From the NCBI GenBank assembly GCA_965235115.1, contig OZ249436.1:33852001-33916000 (forward strand): DNA of 64,000 nucleotides. The letters are read 5' to 3'. Under the pieces are notes generated by a model, which was not told the origin of the DNA, did no database searches, and worked only from the letters and a program-made list of their open reading frames with translations. The DNA is from Laetmonice hystrix (Eukaryota). Shown here in pieces: positions 63,101-64,000 of the stretch. Each line of letters starts with the position of its first letter. Positions within the stretch are counted from its first letter, which is position 1. The position numbers were made by a program, and so were the translations under genes.

Positions 63101-64000
63101 GGAAATGAATTCCTTCGGTACTGCACTTCACAAGCAATCTTTCGTTCTTTCTATTGTAGGAATCTGCGAAAACTTGTTATACTCTCATAGTCTTTGTGTG
63201 CTTTTAAAAATGGAACTGGAGATGCAAGTGTGTAAAAAATGTAAGCCGAATGAACGAATTTTTGCTGTATTAGCTGTATATAATGTGCTTACCTTACGTT
63301 TGTAATGACTTGGGGTCACATTGTAAACCATTTTATTGATTGATGTAACTTGAAAAGGTTCAGTCCAAAAGCAAATGTTCTGTTCTTATGTGCCTACAAA
63401 GAGAGGACCTCATTGACCGAGAGCACTGGCTTTGAGGTCCCAAGAGAAGATACTTCCCTGGAAGAAGAGGAAGAAAGAGAAGAAGATGTCACTGTAGCTG
63501 AAGATGATGTAATGATACGTCAGATGCAGGACAAGGAAGGACTGGCAGAGGAGTCAGAGGAAACCAGAAGAAAAAACATTTCCTTGAAAGACTCCAGGTC
63601 TTTTTCAGCGGATAATGAGGTCTTCCTTGATCATTCGAAATCTGAAATGTTATCTGTAAAAGAAGAAAACATAATTCAGAACTCAAAGACGTCCACACAG
63701 GAATCAAAAACTACCATTGTGACTACTGAGGTTTCTAAAACAAAGAAGTCCCAAGATTTGAGAGTTGAGTCAGTACAAGCCCCAGCAACCCTTGCTGGCT
63801 CTGAAAAGGGAGCCAAATCTTCTCCCACAATTTCTAAGGGCTTTGAGCTAAGGCCCGGGCCAAAAGGTTCTGGAGCAGCAGCACAGGAGATCTTAGCAAA
63901 GACTGCTGCACTGGTCTCAAAAGACTCAAAGGTTGCTAATGTTACTCAGGATGTTGGTAAAGGGTCTCCGAGTAAGACAGTCACCAAGACCCTAGCAAAG
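5320..64000 (+). CDS. MYO9: Class IX unconventional myosin (MYO9A/MYO9B-like), 5' portion; spliced CDS of 28 exons, 1668 codons in window, continues past window end
   Basis: RA-like N-terminal extension plus myosin motor motifs ([93 protein letters not shown]), class IX loop-2 signature [17 protein letters not shown] and PPSVSAQF, four IQ motifs. All exons join with GT-AG and consistent phase. Confidence 0.95.
9441..10246. mobile_element. Non-autonomous hAT-like element, CAGG(C/G)CTGGAAAT TIRs, 5-bp TSD CTATA
   Basis: caggcctggaaat ... atttccagccctg; ctata at 9436-9440 and 10247-10251. Confidence 0.75.
13585..14114 (+). mobile_element. Helitron/Helentron-like non-autonomous element, interrupted by a MITE
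   Basis: Sub-terminal inverted repeat tacctccaccaa (13590-13601) vs ttggcggaggta (14077-14088), 5' hairpin, 3' end gcgctctactgaatgcccaCTAG. Confidence 0.65.
13722..13961. mobile_element. 240-bp MITE, perfect 13-bp TIR CAGGGATGTGCCC, 6-bp TSD TTTCAG
   Basis: TIRs and identical tttcag flanks (13716-13721, 13962-13967) read directly; internal GCCCGGCA repeats. Confidence 0.88.
20553..20879. mobile_element. hAT-like MITE, TAGGG-type TIRs, 8-bp TSD
   Basis: taggggtggaac...gatac vs gtatcgttctgctccta; flanks cccagtac / cctagtac (7 of 8); many TATCG/CGATA repeats. Confidence 0.7.
23236..23330 (+). CDS. MYO9: MYO9 coding exon 2: [31 protein letters not shown] (switch I)
   Basis: ttttctctttccag acceptor, gtaagt donor, 95 nt, phase 0-2. 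Confidence 0.97.
25057..25920. repeat. Minisatellite, about 23 copies of a ~37-bp unit (acaccgtcatgatggcctgtcacctgtacagggcgggt) with higher-order structure
   Basis: Unit anchors spaced 34-43 bp from 25078 to 25903. Confidence 0.95.
27509..27731. repeat. Three diverged tandem copies of an ~84-92-bp unit
   Basis: tctgtc(a/c)gttt(c)tgtcattggacct at 27509, 27601, 27685. Confidence 0.85.
28305..28440 (+). mobile_element. Degenerate tRNA-derived SINE-like fragment
   Basis: A-box-like TGGTGTAGGGG (~28314) and B-box-like GTTCAAACC (28352-28360) at tRNA-like spacing; no cloverleaf or CCA end. Confidence 0.4.
32142..32264. mobile_element. 123-bp foldback MITE with perfect 30-bp TIRs (possibly PIF/Harbinger-like)
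   Basis: gggtgtttcaataagcgcgtcggaccgtcc and its exact complement; pairing extends about 14 bp further inward. Confidence 0.85.
37260..37322 (+). CDS. MYO9: MYO9 coding exon 3: [20 protein letters not shown]
   Basis: ttttttcag acceptor, gtgagt donor, 63 nt, phase 2-2. Confidence 0.96.
37842..37941 (+). CDS. MYO9: MYO9 coding exon 4: [11 protein letters not shown]...YFYLNQ
   Basis: gttttcag acceptor, gtgggc donor, 100 nt, phase 2-0. Confidence 0.96.
38150..38265 (+). CDS. MYO9: MYO9 coding exon 5: [32 protein letters not shown]...
   Basis: ttttattgcag acceptor, gtaagg donor, 116 nt, phase 0-2. Confidence 0.94.
38608..38662 (+). CDS. MYO9: MYO9 coding exon 6: [18 protein letters not shown]
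   Basis: cctcag acceptor, gtatgt donor, 55 nt, phase 2-0; conserved HLGNI motif. Confidence 0.95.
40241..40361. repeat. Tandem duplication, 2 x 62 bp
   Basis: acagatgggggaggagacaggaggttac...ctccctagttca at 40241 and 40303. Confidence 0.9.
40453..40832. mobile_element. Kolobok-like non-autonomous element with TTAA TSD
   Basis: TTAA|aggggctcattt ... aaataagcccct|TTAA (TIR 11 of 12). Confidence 0.72.
43057..43085 (-). repeat. (CCCCCA)5 simple repeat; G-quadruplex-capable on the minus strand
   Basis: Five C5 runs separated by single A. Confidence 0.85.
44530..44607 (+). CDS. MYO9: MYO9 coding exon 7: [26 protein letters not shown]
   Basis: ttaccag acceptor, gtcagt donor, 78 nt, phase 0-0. Confidence 0.9.
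44716..44805 (+). CDS. MYO9: MYO9 coding exon 8: [30 protein letters not shown]
   Basis: tttcag acceptor, gtaagt donor, 90 nt, phase 0-0. Confidence 0.94.
45130..45378 (+). CDS. MYO9: MYO9 coding exon 9: [13 protein letters not shown]...DIFGFE (switch II)...HIFKFEQ (relay)
   Basis: ccttgcag acceptor, gtgatt donor, 249 nt, phase 0-0. Confidence 0.97.
45662..45783 (+). CDS. MYO9: MYO9 coding exon 10: [10 protein letters not shown]...[10 protein letters not shown]
   Basis: tttacag acceptor, gtaagt donor, 122 nt, phase 0-2. Confidence 0.96.
46147..46288 (+). CDS. MYO9: MYO9 coding exon 11: [13 protein letters not shown]...[11 protein letters not shown]
   Basis: ttttatgtag acceptor, gtaaat donor, 142 nt, phase 2-0. 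Confidence 0.96.
46451..46846. mobile_element. 396-bp MITE with ATAGGG(A/C)GCCGAAGT TIRs
   Basis: atagggagccgaagt ... acttcggcgccctat (14 of 15); TSD not clear. Confidence 0.68.
46884..46974 (+). CDS. MYO9: MYO9 coding exon 12: [13 protein letters not shown]...AFVRELV
   Basis: tttatgtag acceptor, gtgagt donor, 91 nt, phase 0-1. Confidence 0.95.
47278..47379 (+). CDS. MYO9: MYO9 coding exon 13: start of class IX loop-2 insertion ([34 protein letters not shown])
   Basis: ctgacag acceptor, gtacag donor, 102 nt, phase 1-1; class IX signature. Confidence 0.94.
47775..47856 (+). CDS. MYO9: MYO9 coding exon 14 (loop 2): [26 protein letters not shown]
   Basis: tttttatgaag acceptor, GAG|gtaagt donor, 82 nt; the only open phase 1-to-2 bridge I found between 47379 and 49359. 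Confidence 0.78.
48841..48888 (+). CDS. MYO9: MYO9 coding exon 15 (loop 2), candidate 48-nt cassette: [15 protein letters not shown]
   Basis: long pyrimidine tract ending cgcag, gtaagt donor, symmetric phase 2-2, open in the required frame. Confidence 0.65.
49359..49667 (+). CDS. MYO9: MYO9 coding exon 16 (loop 2): [12 protein letters not shown]...[12 protein letters not shown]
   Basis: very strong pyrimidine tract ending ttttccag, gtatgt donor, 309 nt, phase 2-2; inside ORF 49243..49887. Confidence 0.85.
51184..51223 (+). CDS. MYO9: MYO9 coding exon 17 (loop 2): [13 protein letters not shown]
   Basis: aaacag acceptor, gtaaag donor, 40 nt, phase 2-0; basic class IX loop-2 motif. Confidence 0.88.
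51458..51565 (+). CDS. MYO9: MYO9 coding exon 18 (end of loop 2): NFRDLKSMK...[12 protein letters not shown]
   Basis: gttttag acceptor, gtaagt donor, 108 nt, phase 0-0. Confidence 0.93.
51796..51876 (+). CDS. MYO9: MYO9 coding exon 19: [27 protein letters not shown]
   Basis: tttcag acceptor, gtaagt donor, 81 nt, phase 0-0. Confidence 0.96.
52163..52273 (+). CDS. MYO9: MYO9 coding exon 20: SH2/SH1 helix region, [20 protein letters not shown]
   Basis: ttgttgcag acceptor, gtaagc donor, 111 nt, phase 0-0. Confidence 0.96.
52642..52764 (+). CDS. MYO9: MYO9 coding exon 21 (converter, form A): [11 protein letters not shown]...NYQIGKNK
   Basis: tcaacag acceptor, gtaagg donor, 123 nt, phase 0-0. 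Confidence 0.95.
54938..55003 (+). CDS. MYO9: Candidate alternative converter exon (form B): [22 protein letters not shown]
   Basis: ttgcccag acceptor after a 119-nt AG-free zone, AAG|gtgggt donor, 66 nt, phase 0-0; ends in a copy of the NYQxxxTK motif at the same junction as exon 21. Confidence 0.72.
56178..56327 (+). CDS. MYO9: MYO9 coding exon 22: VFLRETEK..., IQ1 (IQRWARTRL) and start of IQ2
   Basis: ctctgcag acceptor, gtacag donor, 150 nt, phase 0-0. Confidence 0.95.
56541..56719 (+). CDS. MYO9: MYO9 coding exon 23: IQ2 (AQVRSFL), IQ3 (IQKAFRGF), IQ4 ([12 protein letters not shown])
   Basis: ccatag acceptor, gtaggt donor, 179 nt, phase 0-2; this frame is absent from the ORF track. Confidence 0.93.
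58327..58790. repeat. Minisatellite, about 10 copies of a 47-50-bp unit (gggggtatgatgacaacagactcctgcatttgttgaacgttgttgtat)
   Basis: gtatgatgacaac anchors at 58475, 58525, 58573, 58621, 58671, 58718, 58766 plus degenerate copies on the left. Confidence 0.93.
59305..59376 (+). CDS. MYO9: Candidate 72-nt cassette exon after IQ4: [23 protein letters not shown]
   Basis: ttccttctccag acceptor, CAG|gtaaga donor, symmetric phase 2-2; only the required frame is open (other two have TGA). Confidence 0.6.
61319..61729 (+). CDS. MYO9: MYO9 coding exon 24: charged helix ([19 protein letters not shown]) and acidic tail
   Basis: tttgttgccag acceptor; AGA|gtatgc donor chosen because it gives the phase 2 needed by the next exon; inside ORF 61260..61841. 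Confidence 0.82.
62082..62249 (+). CDS. MYO9: MYO9 coding exon 25: [10 protein letters not shown]...RVPPLPIP
   Basis: ggttccag acceptor, gtacag donor, 168 nt, phase 2-2; inside ORF 62029..62418. Confidence 0.78.
62422..62629 (+). CDS. MYO9: MYO9 coding exon 26: LDGSRAPSY...[11 protein letters not shown]
   Basis: tgtaacag acceptor, gtaagt donor, 208 nt, phase 2-0; frame differs from the ORF-track call 62424..62633. Confidence 0.76.
62816..63023 (+). CDS. MYO9: MYO9 coding exon 27: LIILPQQDG...[15 protein letters not shown]
   Basis: ttttcatcag acceptor, gtgaga donor, 208 nt, phase 0-1. Confidence 0.8.
63402..64000 (+). CDS. MYO9: MYO9 coding exon 28 (partial): long Glu/Ser/Lys/Thr-rich tail exon open to window end
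   Basis: cctacaaag acceptor, phase 1; 199 further codons without a stop ([26 protein letters not shown]...KTVTKTLAK). Confidence 0.8.

Overview
Eukaryotic (animal) genomic DNA. Almost the whole window is the 5' part of one + strand, multi-exon class IX unconventional myosin gene (MYO9A/MYO9B-like). I traced 28 coding exons by hand from ATG 5320 to the window end. All have GT-AG junctions and chain in phase into 5004 nt (1668 codons) with no stop. They encode an N-terminal Ras-association domain, a motor with intact P-loop (GESGSGKT), switch I (NNNSSRFGK) and switch II (DIFGFE), the class IX loop-2 insertion, the converter, four IQ motifs and a low-complexity tail. The C1 and RhoGAP domains expected of class IX would lie beyond the window. 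The most notable observation is hidden in introns: candidate in-frame alternative exons at mechanically important positions. A 66-nt exon (54938-55003) ends in NYQLAETK, a second copy of the converter motif NYQIGKNK. A 72-nt cassette (59305-59376) sits right after IQ4, and a 48-nt cassette (48841-48888) lies in loop 2. RBFOX (TGCATG) or YCAY motif clusters flank them. The introns also hold short non-autonomous DNA transposons (5-, 6- and 8-bp TSDs, a TTAA Kolobok-like element, a Helitron/Helentron-like element with a nested insertion), a near-perfect foldback element and two minisatellites. A marine invertebrate host is my guess from composition and repeat types; it cannot be established from this sequence. 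All splice models are manual predictions without transcript data.
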